A DNA stretch of 54,602 nt from Nanobdellota archaeon. GTDB taxonomy: Archaea > Nanobdellota > Nanobdellia > Woesearchaeales > SM23-78. The notes beneath the pieces were generated by a model, which saw nothing but the letters and a program-made list of their open reading frames with translations, ran no database searches and was not told the DNA's origin. A program made the translations under genes and the position numbers. The stretch lies in assembly GCA_018819305.1 (NCBI GenBank), contig JAHJQO010000044.1, positions 1-54,602 of the forward strand, in the 5' to 3' direction. Position 1 is the first letter of the stretch, and each line of letters begins with the position of its first letter. Positions 26,901-34,621 of the stretch are shown here, in pieces.

Positions 26901-27379
26901 GGAACATTAGCAATTCCACTGGAAGCAACATATATGTGACTGACCTGGAAGCAAGCCCTGATTTTACCAGTCTGCAGGCAATAAGCAGGGATACAAGCAA
27001 TGACTCAGTAACAGATGACTTTGAAGAAATAGATACTGCCTTGAGTTCAACTAGTTACTCTGACTCTGTAAACACAACTTTCACAACAAACAATAATCCA
27101 AAAGAGACACAAAACTTTATTGTGTTTACCAAAAATATAACCAATGTGCCTATAATCAATAGCACCAATACAACGAATTTCAAGACAGGAATACTCTGGG
27201 ATAAAAGCGATGGCCACACAGAATACAATGGCACCCAGGACATAATTTTCATTACAGAAATAAATGAGCAAAAACAAGGAAGCAGAGGAATATATGACTT
27301 TGAAATAAAAGTGCCTGCACTGCTAAGGAACTATAATGCTGCAGGCAACAGCATAGCATTTTATGCAGAGATAAAATAA
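17936..27379 (+). CDS. Giant secreted or N-terminally anchored surface protein (about 3147 aa) built from about twenty Ig-like repeat modules and two CARDB-like domains
   Basis: I place the start at ATG 17936 (MKQQNPNQIKNRIIKRSMILFVVLVLVLTGLAQT), which gives a signal or anchor sequence. Modules of about 95 aa end in Y-W-N-V-x-C-x-D...SETRNFT-I/V-D. CARDB-like segments lie at about 24445-24790 and 26465-26830. N-x-S/T sequons are very dense. Confidence 0.9.
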   Translation: MKQQNPNQIKNRIIKRSMILFVVLVLVLTGLAQTLSQSQPETQTPTQKLLYLSVEKPWYELGEKVTLIITTGKLENYELSISSEENFYKFSGELSNNIDFYPKEEGLHTVELTEKTSNNLADSLEFIVGTDTAQTSSEKPLEKISNEIISTDKIEYYPGEPVTIIIRLVEQSSNNFNLYYEYQGFSQKYMGNLSNNTQIVLIPRGLGTHQLILMNKNNNIIDNHSFEIKENPSINTISSPVKIKNSQGGALQASITFYNEEDTPITTTTTQSSYAIPKNTKKVKIIPTDQTVENIVLEGLEGEINLGMEKIHPLKNPVPDRHSISSFAIDPTQTNFTNATVTRTAKGTELWKCKDYTFETQTCFGTWEKVMNITPGESYSFLLTPEDPQFTETITNLFCSCQVTVYSIGGDPDTDSCSTFCSATIDVPAGAQTGYLMNMSYGVSITLTGDVNSITAGSHEGQFDQDQTYGNGNAATIGSSTTTSTTSTTWLNNTLVSSGSDAFDEVSCDDWANTCTWYVYLSSEITVDAGGKSDKTATTNISLTSMSYTWNYTMPGDLTVTLNWPSGNLLNYSSINFNYTPSTTATLQNCTLYTNRTGVFTNESTNSTPQNDQPNYFNQSFSSDGYYLWNVYCEDSDSNMEWAPNNKTFLIDTTEPTINLESPEDENETSAAAITFYYNVSDTYGIKNCSLIIDGEIDQTEPSVTRDTSQSFTTSLANGEHTWAVWCYDLVNNLNKSENRTINVTLARRIWTDRWYETGTANYSGTAADISLENQTDGIQNQLYYNLPSVTPLNFLNATSPYIGGDGAFIGSGATVTFRMAFAAAEAKAEVSWHLYVLHAGGSMTEVCSNGDDRGGGTQVTVITEATCSPSSNIKLSGTDRLKLVINIYNTQTGQLNDVTHYFDHANSYVNIENFVTLGHLQVDLIQPTENLILSQGETYNQTCNVTCIDGTCLNTQTYVQYNTSADPWTNISSSGNIILGASETNPHITGNISSATNETYLINGSQPSTNYVRCYAESQYSSATGTTLRRIIVGDTLPPDVSLTRPADFNYSDSSTVTFFYDVYELTEIANCSIILNGSINDTKYTAEIVNDEENNFTVTGLTESSYNWTVNCTDNGGYTGTDTPRTIYIDLTDPWIFLNYPGQWDTVGYETVNFNWTANDNYNQNLDCDLYIDGAINETGMTSPQATPANQTVTGLSVGNHTWYMNCSDVSGRRNISETRNFTIQDSTPTVKLEFPPPDHVNDSSPLLFQYNASDNNGFLNCTLFIDGQKNETNSSIANNELNNFSILLSEGDHNWTVTCIDTGYLNDTAAWQDFTIDLIDPYVFLNEPIPTENFTNGDVTFNYTAYDSIDLSLSCELFIDGNSESNDTATNSSPELVNINNILDGFHYWNVTCTDDSTRQNISETRNFTINESPHINLNIPAQWNVSNENITFFYTPIDNDGFTNCTIYIDGDPNATNITIYNGVQNNFTIGKIPEGNHTWNVGCVDNGTYLNSNVSLTRNFTVDTTNPTLILNFPGPDEQVNQTQVDFNWTANDTLDTSLSCDLYIGGDLNQSGIPSEAGNQTVISKNFPNGRYNWSIICYDDANNYNTSETLWFNVSTPPSIELTFPDPNENMNYTDLMFEYIPSAGAAIQNCTLYIDGQENETNSSIDPDNYNYFWITLGIEGKHNWSVRCIDVDLIPGWSETRNFTLDFKAPRIEMNYPGDDDTVTRNRIEFNFTAIDDYSLNMTCNLSVDGTPVGLNLPVQNDTPKLYNETYPDGNYTWYVECWDNATNYNITDTWNFTIIAPPDVTLISPANGNFTNATYVNLTYLPEDDYVIPNCSLYLNGTYSGYYDDNVDTNDNNSFDIIGLGEGYYNWTVNCTDQDENTYAPSEWNFTIDQTPPIATLLLPSPGALLTSENVLFNFSVVDSIDDNVSCNLTINGSINISNIPVNNNSYYNNTLQNLNDSLYLWNVTCWDTASNKNTTATQNFTVQAPPKIALGNPEQNNRTTSQNISFFFTPTDNSGSIANCTLILNGDLNETLLIVNESEENNITVNNLPNGTYVWTVNCTDPSGNIGTNSTGKTLYIDLYGPNITLHKPDPENLYNDDDILFNWTATDFTGTSITCNLSVSDPVSSRNASIIALSGSVFNTTLYDLSDGIHYWNVTCWDDLNTNATSETRNFTITQPDLITTTGNITFNNTNPDENTNITINATIFNIGGRDANNAVIDFWDGNPATGTYIGNDTITITAGSNTIASIIWNITSGYHTIWIIIDPSDAITELNETNNNASKNISILKAYFNSPQNQTTTNDTTPEINFTMEDYTGGTINYTIYVDGTPNGQADSGTDNISIAFDLTALSDGSHNITVQATDNLSRSKNSSRLIIIIDTTVPTVNFETRNHTWFNHSNPNVYFNITDSLDNNINYSTYLNTTFQSSGNISNATSTNKTFTSLGDGQYNVTIQATDDVNNSANYTLKIYVDTTKPSINLTSPEENANFTTSSVDLNFTVTDNMASSLNCNLTLDDGFLLNNTGIGNNSPYSTTATNLAEGTHYWNVTCWDNASNTNTSETKSFNIFIPPIVNLTKPADNNISNNPSQTLYFNVSDDTGIENCSLYLNGEWNTTKTPPQITNNAENNFTITLAEAEYNWSIKCYDNTTQQLEANSENWTITIDQTPPTPNITTTNYTWFNTSSPSIDFIITDNVANPINYTFYVNSSSDTTGTSNNNTPNSDTLTITNSNSSFRIILQATDDVGNSANSSSIIIYVDTVKPNINISKPTNDQVFDTNSVQFNFTITDNMADYTMCNLTISNGMTQLNINATNDTLQNITKSGFTSGTYFWNVTCLDLASNKNTSVTWNFTILAPDLVINTGNITFNDSSPEENKNITIYANIFNIGGSPASDVIVQFWNGDPDGGGTKINGNKTISTLNNGANFTVNVTYNVSIGTNNIFVVVDPPTLTNGTIDEENENNNKANNSFGVELYQVYAGNISSIIDLEKQSINISIFQWNISNSTGSNIYVTDLEASPDFTSLQAISRDTSNDSVTDDFEEIDTALSSTSYSDSVNTTFTTNNNPKETQNFIVFTKNITNVPIINSTNTTNFKTGILWDKSDGHTEYNGTQDIIFITEINEQKQGSRGIYDFEIKVPALLRNYNAAGNSIAFYAEIK

Positions 27380-27557
27380 AAATAAACGCTTGTAAAAGAC
27401 CTCACTATGTTTGTTGACAGTGTTGTTGAGCTGTAGTTAAGCAGCAAACTTACTTGAAATTCTTTCAGATTCTGTGCAATTTAACAGCAAATTATATATA
27501 TTCTAAACAAGTACTGCTCATTAAAGGGGTGGGAAGTTAATAAAACAGAGGATTATC

Positions 27558-30086
27558 ATGGTAGAGACCCGCCCACAAGAAAAAACCAGCTTCTCACCTG
27601 GCAAAGTCATACAATTCTTAGATGAAATAGTATATGAAATAGAAGGAAAAATAGGAGAAGGAGTCACATCAGAAGTATATCTTGCCACTGACAAAAATAC
27701 TCAGCGAAAAGTTGCTTTAAAAGTGCTGAAAACCTCAGCTTCTCTGGACGAAACCCTAAAGCAAAGACTGCAGGAAATAGAGCAAAGATTTGTCAGAGAA
27801 GGGAAAATAACAGCCAGGCTTGACCATCCCAATATAATTAAGCTATATACAACAGGAGAAATGAGAGGCAGGCGTTTTTTAGCTACAGAATATGTAAAAG
27901 GAGAAACACTAAAGCACATATTAGAGCAAAAAAAAGTTTTCTCGCCTGAAGAAGCCACACCAATACTTTTGCAGGCAGCAGACGGGCTTCAGTACCTGCA
28001 CAGCCAGAAAATACTGCACAGAGACCTCAACCCAAACAACATCATGATTAATGAACAAGGAATTGTCAAGATTCTTGATTTTGGAATTTCAAAAAATATT
28101 ATTCAGGTAATGCAGACCTTTCAGACAATGGCAGGAGAGAATTTTGGAACTCCAGCTTATATGTCTCCTGAACAAATGGATTCATCAAAAGATGTTGATG
28201 AAAAAACAGATGTTTTCTCGCTCGGAGTCACTGCTTTTGAAATGCTCACAGGCAAAATACCATATGATTTCCTTGGACCAGAAAGCCTTTTCACAAGACT
28301 TAATGATATAAACAAAAAGCCTCTGGAAAAAGAAAAACTATTAGAGGCACTCAACAAAAAAGATTACAGTCCACTTTCCAGAATCATCAGAAAAGCATTG
28401 CAGCCAAAACCTTATGACAGATGTGATGCTCAGGAGTTCTATAATGTTCTTCTTAGTTACAGCAAAGGCGAGAGCGTGAAAATCAGAGACATGCCCCGTA
28501 GGAAATTTATCCAACTAATTGCAGGAGGAACAGCAATTGTTTTGCTTGGAGGAGGAGGAACATTACATCTAATCAATAAAAATGCTGCTTATCAAAAATC
28601 CATTCTTTCCATGCTTGACAAAATACAAAAGCCTGAAATAAATAACTGGAACAAGCTAGTTCCTTTACTAAGAGAACTGGAACCAAAATTATATGATCGT
28701 TATGAATGGATATTGGAAACAAGACTTATACCTCAAATTGAATCGCAAAAAAATGCGCATCAAGGAAACACACATAACCTGGAAATATATCCGTTTGCAA
28801 CTTCTACTGCTTCAGGAGCAAGCACAGGTGATTATAGTCTTTTTCTAAAGGGAAACAGCACAATTGCAGGCCATCCAATTTCAATCACATATTATGCATT
28901 TGAAGAATTTGACAAGCGATATAAAAATGCAACTTCAGCAAAAGAGAAAGACAAATTAAAAGCATCAAGACAAAAACTTCTGGATATATTTTTTCAATAT
29001 GCAGAAGGACTTTATCTTGAAGAAAAAGAAACTGGAAATGCACTCACATCTGATGAACGCCTTACTGTGATGCAAAGATTTTTTACACCTGCATTCATAG
29101 TATTTAATGACTTACAAGAGAATCATCCTGAAGAATATAACAATCCTGAAAATCAAGAAAAAATTGAAAAGATAGTTTCTAACTATACTAAGGCAATTAA
29201 AATAGCAATTGAAAAAAGATACAATCCTTATAATAAATTCATTAATTGGAATGGAGCTAATGATGCAGAGAATAAAGAAGAAGTAAGTCCTAAACTAGAC
29301 CGTGAAATCAGTGAACTGCTTTGTTATGGATTTAAATCACTTAATCTCAAAGAACAAGTGTTTACTCAATTCTCCACTGAATATAGCGATACCATCAAAA
29401 ACACAAAACAATACCTGAAAATAATATTAAATGATGGTGATGCCAGACTGAATCAGCTGGCAAAATCAGAAGAATGGAAAAAACAAGCTGAAAGCAAAGA
29501 CTATGCAGGACTTATAACTGACTTGATTCACAAAAAGAATTTGCTTGAAAATATAATTAATCTTAGAAATAATGGAATTCAAAAATCACAGGCTGCATCC
29601 ACTTTTCTTGCAAATTTTAATGATTTAGAAAAAAACATTAAAAAAGAGGAGTTTGATGGTCTGAAGAGCAAAATAAAAGAATATGACTCAACAATCCAAG
29701 ACATGATTGTACATTACGTCTCAAAAAGCCATGATTCAATGATTTCAAAATATTACCTAAACAAAGGCCATACAAATAATGAGGAGAATCCCATTGACAA
29801 CATTGCCACCTTAAGGTTTCTAGAAGCTATACAACTTTACAGTAAATCAAATTCGAATTTTGAAAATATTGATTTAAATGATGTCAAATTCAAAATTCTA
29901 AAAAATCTTGCTTCAAAAGAGTTTATATCATGGAAGAACAGTCTGCCAGTGTCAAAAGAACAACCATATGGACTAATAAAAGAATGCAGGTTTGCAATAG
30001 GCAATCCTAATTATGCAGGCGGAACATATCTTGAATCAGATATGATTTATTTACGAATAATCAAAGAAATTCTAAAGAAAAAATAA
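27558..30086 (+). CDS. Membrane-anchored Hanks-type Ser/Thr protein kinase with a large extracytoplasmic C-terminal domain
   Basis: GEGVTSEVY (Gly loop), VALKVLK, HRDLNPNNIMI, DFGIS and GTPAYMSPE. TM helix FIQLIAGGTAIVLLGGGGTLHLI. About 500 aa follow with no motif I can name. Confidence 0.85.
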   Translation: MVETRPQEKTSFSPGKVIQFLDEIVYEIEGKIGEGVTSEVYLATDKNTQRKVALKVLKTSASLDETLKQRLQEIEQRFVREGKITARLDHPNIIKLYTTGEMRGRRFLATEYVKGETLKHILEQKKVFSPEEATPILLQAADGLQYLHSQKILHRDLNPNNIMINEQGIVKILDFGISKNIIQVMQTFQTMAGENFGTPAYMSPEQMDSSKDVDEKTDVFSLGVTAFEMLTGKIPYDFLGPESLFTRLNDINKKPLEKEKLLEALNKKDYSPLSRIIRKALQPKPYDRCDAQEFYNVLLSYSKGESVKIRDMPRRKFIQLIAGGTAIVLLGGGGTLHLINKNAAYQKSILSMLDKIQKPEINNWNKLVPLLRELEPKLYDRYEWILETRLIPQIESQKNAHQGNTHNLEIYPFATSTASGASTGDYSLFLKGNSTIAGHPISITYYAFEEFDKRYKNATSAKEKDKLKASRQKLLDIFFQYAEGLYLEEKETGNALTSDERLTVMQRFFTPAFIVFNDLQENHPEEYNNPENQEKIEKIVSNYTKAIKIAIEKRYNPYNKFINWNGANDAENKEEVSPKLDREISELLCYGFKSLNLKEQVFTQFSTEYSDTIKNTKQYLKIILNDGDARLNQLAKSEEWKKQAESKDYAGLITDLIHKKNLLENIINLRNNGIQKSQAASTFLANFNDLEKNIKKEEFDGLKSKIKEYDSTIQDMIVHYVSKSHDSMISKYYLNKGHTNNEENPIDNIATLRFLEAIQLYSKSNSNFENIDLNDVKFKILKNLASKEFISWKNSLPVSKEQPYGLIKECRFAIGNPNYAGGTYLESDMIYLRIIKEILKKK

Positions 30087-30110
30087 CATAAAAGAAAAAA
30101 TAAAAAAAAT

Positions 30111-30326
30111 TTAAGGACCTCCAGGAAGACAACCAGGATACGGTGTACAAGGAGGAGGACAACCGGGATCAACCATTGGATCGCAAAAAGACGCGCTTCC
30201 ACCACTGTGTTCTCCCACTGTTCCAATACTTGCTGTACTTCCAGTTCCTGCTATAAACACTCCACCCACGCCTAATAAAATGGCGCAGACAAACAGAGCT
30301 ATAGCTACAATTGCTATTTTCTTCAT
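30111..30326 (-). CDS. Small secreted Cys/Pro/Gly-rich peptide (71 aa)
   Basis: Signal or anchor MKKIAIVAIALFVCAILLGVGG, with C-terminus FCDPMVDPGCPPPCTPYPGCLPGGP. The local GC content is clearly above that of the flanks. Confidence 0.5.
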   Translation of the reverse strand: MKKIAIVAIALFVCAILLGVGGVFIAGTGSTASIGTVGEHSGGSASFCDPMVDPGCPPPCTPYPGCLPGGP

Positions 30327-30727
30327 ATTCTCACCCCTCGGTCTATGTTTTGTTGTTTGTTATTTTTTGAAACTAAAACTGGATAATTTAACATCTAATT
30401 TTAGCCAAATCCCTTTCTTTCGGATAACCTATTTTTAGTCAGATATATATGTATTATTATCACATTATATACATATGTATATTTTACAATAGTAGCATAT
30501 AATTTGAATTCGACCCCCTCAATTCGGAGTCTGGTCGACAAAATCCAAAAGAAATAAAAAATATCTAAAAATTCCACCAATCTTCTACTGCTTTTTTGTT
30601 GTTTAAGTAAAGAAAAGCATTGTTTCCCTTTTTAAACCCCACCACATAAACAGGATAAAAGAAAACAAAATTTATCCTATAAAAAAAGAAAAAAGTTTAT
30701 ATTACCCTCAAGAATTACAATTATATA

Positions 30728-32083
30728 ATGACAAAAAAGAGAAAATCTAAGCGCAATCTGCAAGATAGAGTAATTGAACTTGAAAAACAACTCACACAGG
30801 TGGTCAAGCTGGAAGAAGAACTTGAACACGAAAGAAAGCTTAGAAAATATTATCAAGAAAAATCAGGATTAAGAGAACGCATGGGTTTTGAAACTAATTT
30901 TGACAGGGATTTGTCAACGCTTAGAAGATATATTTTCGAGAAAACAAAGCCAGGAGAAACCCCTCTTCCGGGCGTAACCAATCAAATCATCAACATATTA
31001 GATGCTGTCTCATCACAGCTGGATATTATTCAGAACATTCCTTTTTATCTTACAATAGACAGAAAAAACAAGACCAGCTATACTTCCATTTATCCTACAA
31101 AGGAAGAAAGAAAAAACATCTTGCAGATTCTGGAAGTGACCAAATTCCTAACACCTGAGCTTGCAAGAATTCCGCATGAAGCATATCACACCCTCAAAAA
31201 AGAGGCAATTAAAGATAATTATCCTATAAATATAGTGGAACCAAGGCTCTATGACAGATACCTGGCTCCAGACAGGATACCAGGTTCCCACATAGGAGAT
31301 TTTTACAGAATGCTTATGTCAACGCCAGGAAATCAAAGAACAAAAGAATTTATTGTATCTGCAACAGTAAAAAAACTTCTCAGAGATAATGCCTTCTCAA
31401 TAACCAGGACTTATGAATTGCCAGCCAAGCCAAAAATCCCTTATCACAAAGACAAAGTTCTGGAAATAATTGCCAAGGCAAGAGAAATAGAAGGCTCATC
31501 TTTTACATTAAGTGAAAAACAGGAACAAGAACTTGCAGAATGGTTTAGCGTACTGGATGAAACAGCCACATATCCGGTCAGAGACGGAACACCTTTTAAT
31601 TACCTCATGCATGAGAACCAGGAAGAAATTCTCCTCTCTGATAAATTCCTGCGTCAGGAACAGAAACAAAGTACAATCAAAGATCTTGTAGAAGAAGGAA
31701 TCTATGCATATGATCTGGATGATTTTTACATGAGAAGTTTTCCACTGGATGAATTCAGCCGTGCTATAGATTTCCTTATGCCCGGCATACCTTTTATTCA
31801 AACAAATGTTCTTGCAGAGTATTTTTCAGAGATGTTCCAAAGCTATGGTGGAAAAATAAGAAATCCAAATGAACAACTCATTCAAGGCCGCATTTTTCGA
31901 AACTTGAGAATGGCAGTAGTTTGTCTTGAAAATCCAAACTATTCTGGTTGTGACTTCATTAACACACCACACTGCCTTGAAATGGCAGCTCGAGCAGTGG
32001 TTCAAAAAGATCTCAGTAAGAATGAGAAAAATAATCTAAGTTTCAGCAGCGTATTCTATTCAGTGATGCAAGCCTACTGTTGA
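30728..32083 (+). CDS. Hypothetical protein with an N-terminal basic/coiled-coil segment (451 aa)
   Basis: Clean ATG ORF. No motif recognised. Confidence 0.55.
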   Translation: MTKKRKSKRNLQDRVIELEKQLTQVVKLEEELEHERKLRKYYQEKSGLRERMGFETNFDRDLSTLRRYIFEKTKPGETPLPGVTNQIINILDAVSSQLDIIQNIPFYLTIDRKNKTSYTSIYPTKEERKNILQILEVTKFLTPELARIPHEAYHTLKKEAIKDNYPINIVEPRLYDRYLAPDRIPGSHIGDFYRMLMSTPGNQRTKEFIVSATVKKLLRDNAFSITRTYELPAKPKIPYHKDKVLEIIAKAREIEGSSFTLSEKQEQELAEWFSVLDETATYPVRDGTPFNYLMHENQEEILLSDKFLRQEQKQSTIKDLVEEGIYAYDLDDFYMRSFPLDEFSRAIDFLMPGIPFIQTNVLAEYFSEMFQSYGGKIRNPNEQLIQGRIFRNLRMAVVCLENPNYSGCDFINTPHCLEMAARAVVQKDLSKNEKNNLSFSSVFYSVMQAYC

Positions 32084-32974
32084 ACCCAAAGCATCAAACA
32101 GTCTGTTAATTATGCTGAAAAAATACGGTCGAAACGCAATTTCCTGATTTGAAAACTTGGTTTTATTTAATGCTTGTTTTAATTCAATTATTTTGTGCTG
32201 CATAATTTCAAACTGCTTATCAGAATATTTATAGTAGAAATTATAATAATCAGAAAACAGGTTGTTGATTTCAGCATATAATCTAAGAGCAACAGGACTA
32301 ATTTTAAATTTCGGCTGGTTCAGAATAACATTAATCAAATCCCTGTAATCATCACAAATGCTCTCAATAAGCCAAATAATAAGATAAGTGAAAACAGTCT
32401 TCTCATCTTTGTATGGCTTCTTATTAAGTAATCTTTGACAGTAATTAACAATTTTATTATTAGTTTTTTCCAGTACAAGCAATTCTTTAAGTTTTTTCAT
32501 GTCACTATTCTTCACTTCTTCCAGGCTGTTGTTAGCCATTGAAAGCGCTACAAGAAAAGATCTTCTTATCAATGTATTTAATTCAGGCAAATTATCTCCT
32601 GCAACATTCTTTAAAACACAATAATTTCCTTTTTGCTCAATAATTTCATATCCTATCAACCGAGAATTAATTCTTTCCTGAATAACCTTTACAGTGCCTG
32701 CATCTTTGAATTTAACTTCAATTTCATCATATCCTGATTTGTGAAGGACAGTAATCATAATTCTTATGGACTGAGAATCCAGATTAGACACATCAATGCT
32801 TGTCTTTTTTGTCAAAAGATTTGCTTCTCCAGAATAAATTTTCAGCATTGCACCTGCTTCTTCAACATTAATCTCGTCTCCTTTTTTTATGTTATTGCCC
32901 TTTACCCATTTTGAAGGCAAAGAAACTGTTAGTGTAGATGGCCCGTGCAGAATAACTTTTCTTTTGATTTTCAA
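32060..32974 (-). CDS. AbrB/SpoVT-domain + PhoU-like regulator (archaeal phosphate-uptake-regulator architecture)
   Basis: The N-terminal LTVSLPSKWVKGNNIKKGDEINVEE is AbrB-like. About 200 aa of helical C-terminus follow, as in archaeal AbrB-PhoU proteins. The PhoU part is inferred from architecture only. Confidence 0.6.
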   Translation of the reverse strand: MKIKRKVILHGPSTLTVSLPSKWVKGNNIKKGDEINVEEAGAMLKIYSGEANLLTKKTSIDVSNLDSQSIRIMITVLHKSGYDEIEVKFKDAGTVKVIQERINSRLIGYEIIEQKGNYCVLKNVAGDNLPELNTLIRRSFLVALSMANNSLEEVKNSDMKKLKELLVLEKTNNKIVNYCQRLLNKKPYKDEKTVFTYLIIWLIESICDDYRDLINVILNQPKFKISPVALRLYAEINNLFSDYYNFYYKYSDKQFEIMQHKIIELKQALNKTKFSNQEIAFRPYFFSIINRLFDALGSTVGLHH

Positions 32975-33182
32975 TCACCTCTCAAGTTTCCCCTAAAAAA
33001 GCAAAACCTGATTTTATTTAAATATCTTTCTAAAATACATACATATACATAATGTGATAAAAATCTATATATAATGTATTTATCATAATTTATCCATAAC
33101 GTATTGATTTGGTCAAAAAAGTACAAAATTTATCCGAAAAATAATATAGAAGTAATAATACAAAGGTAATTAGGGTGATATT

Positions 33183-33542
33183 ATGGGAAGCATAATTAGT
33201 TCAAGAAGAGAAGATGAAAAAGTCATCATTGAAACAGAACTTAACTACGAAGAACTAGTGCAATTAAAAGGGGAAATTGATAATATACATGTATTTTCTG
33301 AAAAAATTGCTGATTTAAAAACAAACATATCCCGCAGAGGAAAAAACGAAGCAACAAAATATTTTCTAATCCCCCGAAGCTTACGAAAAGACCTGCAAAT
33401 ATACGAACCTGTTAGCTGCCAAAGAATAGATACCCCTAGCAAAGCTATATTTATTTATGTTGTTAACAAGAATGATTTTCAGGAAATCAAGAAAATTAAA
33501 CACACAGTAAACTTAGCAAGAGAAAAAGAAATAGAAGCATGA
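33183..33542 (+). CDS. Hypothetical protein (119 aa)
   Basis: ATG ORF with GGGTGAT upstream. No motif. Confidence 0.45.
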   Translation: MGSIISSRREDEKVIIETELNYEELVQLKGEIDNIHVFSEKIADLKTNISRRGKNEATKYFLIPRSLRKDLQIYEPVSCQRIDTPSKAIFIYVVNKNDFQEIKKIKHTVNLAREKEIEA

Positions 33543-33591
33543 AGTGCAACACAAACAGAACATACACAAGACATAAACTCATGCAAACAAT

Positions 33592-34146
33592 GTGATGAAA
33601 ATGGTAAGGTGCCTAGATAAGACACAAAATAGATTAGCTATTTTCTTATTAAAAAACAATGATTTCTCTGAAAAAACAAACAAGGTAATAAAAAGAGTGC
33701 AAGACCATTGCACAAACATTTGCTATGTCTGCCTTTCAAAACCATATGCTGAAGTCATAGACAACTTAAAAAACCAGAGAATCAATCATGACAACTTCAC
33801 ATTTGTGGATACTGTAAGCAGTCCTCATTACAAGCTAAAGCCAGTAAATAATTGCTATTTTGTACAGGGACTTGAAAACCTAAAGGATATAAAGAAAACA
33901 ATTCAAAAAGCTGTGAAAAAAAACGAGTGTACAGCAGCCATATTTGATACAATATCAACCCTACTCATATATCAAAAAACATTTGACATTGTCAGGTTTA
34001 CACACGAATTAATAACTGATGAGCACCAAAAGGACATCAATAAAATATTTGTTATTCTTGAAGAAAAGGGCATTTATGCAAAAGAAAGCAAAAAATTAAT
34101 AAATGACCTTAACCTATTTGCAGATAAGACATTTGAAATAGAATAA
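33592..34146 (+). CDS. Hypothetical protein, possibly a degenerate KaiC/RecA-like fold lacking a Walker A motif
   Basis: The strand/helix alternation and ...AAIFDTISTLLIY... recall inactivated KaiC-like signalling proteins. This is a weak impression only. Confidence 0.35.
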   Translation: MMKMVRCLDKTQNRLAIFLLKNNDFSEKTNKVIKRVQDHCTNICYVCLSKPYAEVIDNLKNQRINHDNFTFVDTVSSPHYKLKPVNNCYFVQGLENLKDIKKTIQKAVKKNECTAAIFDTISTLLIYQKTFDIVRFTHELITDEHQKDINKIFVILEEKGIYAKESKKLINDLNLFADKTFEIE

Positions 34147-34214
34147 AATAATATTAATATAATATTCAAAGGATATTAAAAGATTATTAAAATACTAAGG
34201 TGTGAGTGAAATTA

Positions 34215-34589
34215 ATGGCAAAAACAATTCTAATTGTGGATGACGAACCACATATGGTGGAGCTTGAAAAAGCAATTCTTGCAGCAGAAGGATACAAGAT
34301 AATCAGTGCTTTCAACGGCGAAGATGGCGTTAAGATGCTGGAAAAAAACAAGCCAGACCTTATTATTCTTGACATGATGATGCCTGGCATGAGCGGAAGG
34401 GAAACCTGTGAAAAAATCAGAAAAAACCCAAAAACCAAGAACCTAAAAATAATCTTTGTAACAGTGGCCAGATTCTCAGAAGTTGGAAAAGATACTCTCA
34501 AAAACATGGATGTTAACGACTACATAACCAAGCCTTTTGACAATGATGAATTTGTGTTCAGAATAAAAAAAGTCATAGGCGATAAATAA
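34215..34589 (+). CDS. Single-domain response regulator (CheY-like receiver)
   Basis: ILIVDDEP, phospho-acceptor context LIILDMMMPGMSG, and YITKPF. ATG 34215 preceded by AAGGTG is preferred over the GTG at 34206. Confidence 0.9.
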   Translation: MAKTILIVDDEPHMVELEKAILAAEGYKIISAFNGEDGVKMLEKNKPDLIILDMMMPGMSGRETCEKIRKNPKTKNLKIIFVTVARFSEVGKDTLKNMDVNDYITKPFDNDEFVFRIKKVIGDK

Positions 34590-34621
34590 GACTGAAATCG
34601 CTTAATCAATTCTAAATTAAG

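Noticed and set aside
30462-33062. Shared TTATCACATTAT + TA-rich stretch at 30462-30491 and, in reverse complement, at 33031-33062 (25 of 30 identical).
   Set aside because: Most of the match is (TA)n-like low-complexity promoter sequence. The two copies sit at very different distances from their nearest start codons. I cannot distinguish this from compositional coincidence without a genome-wide motif test.
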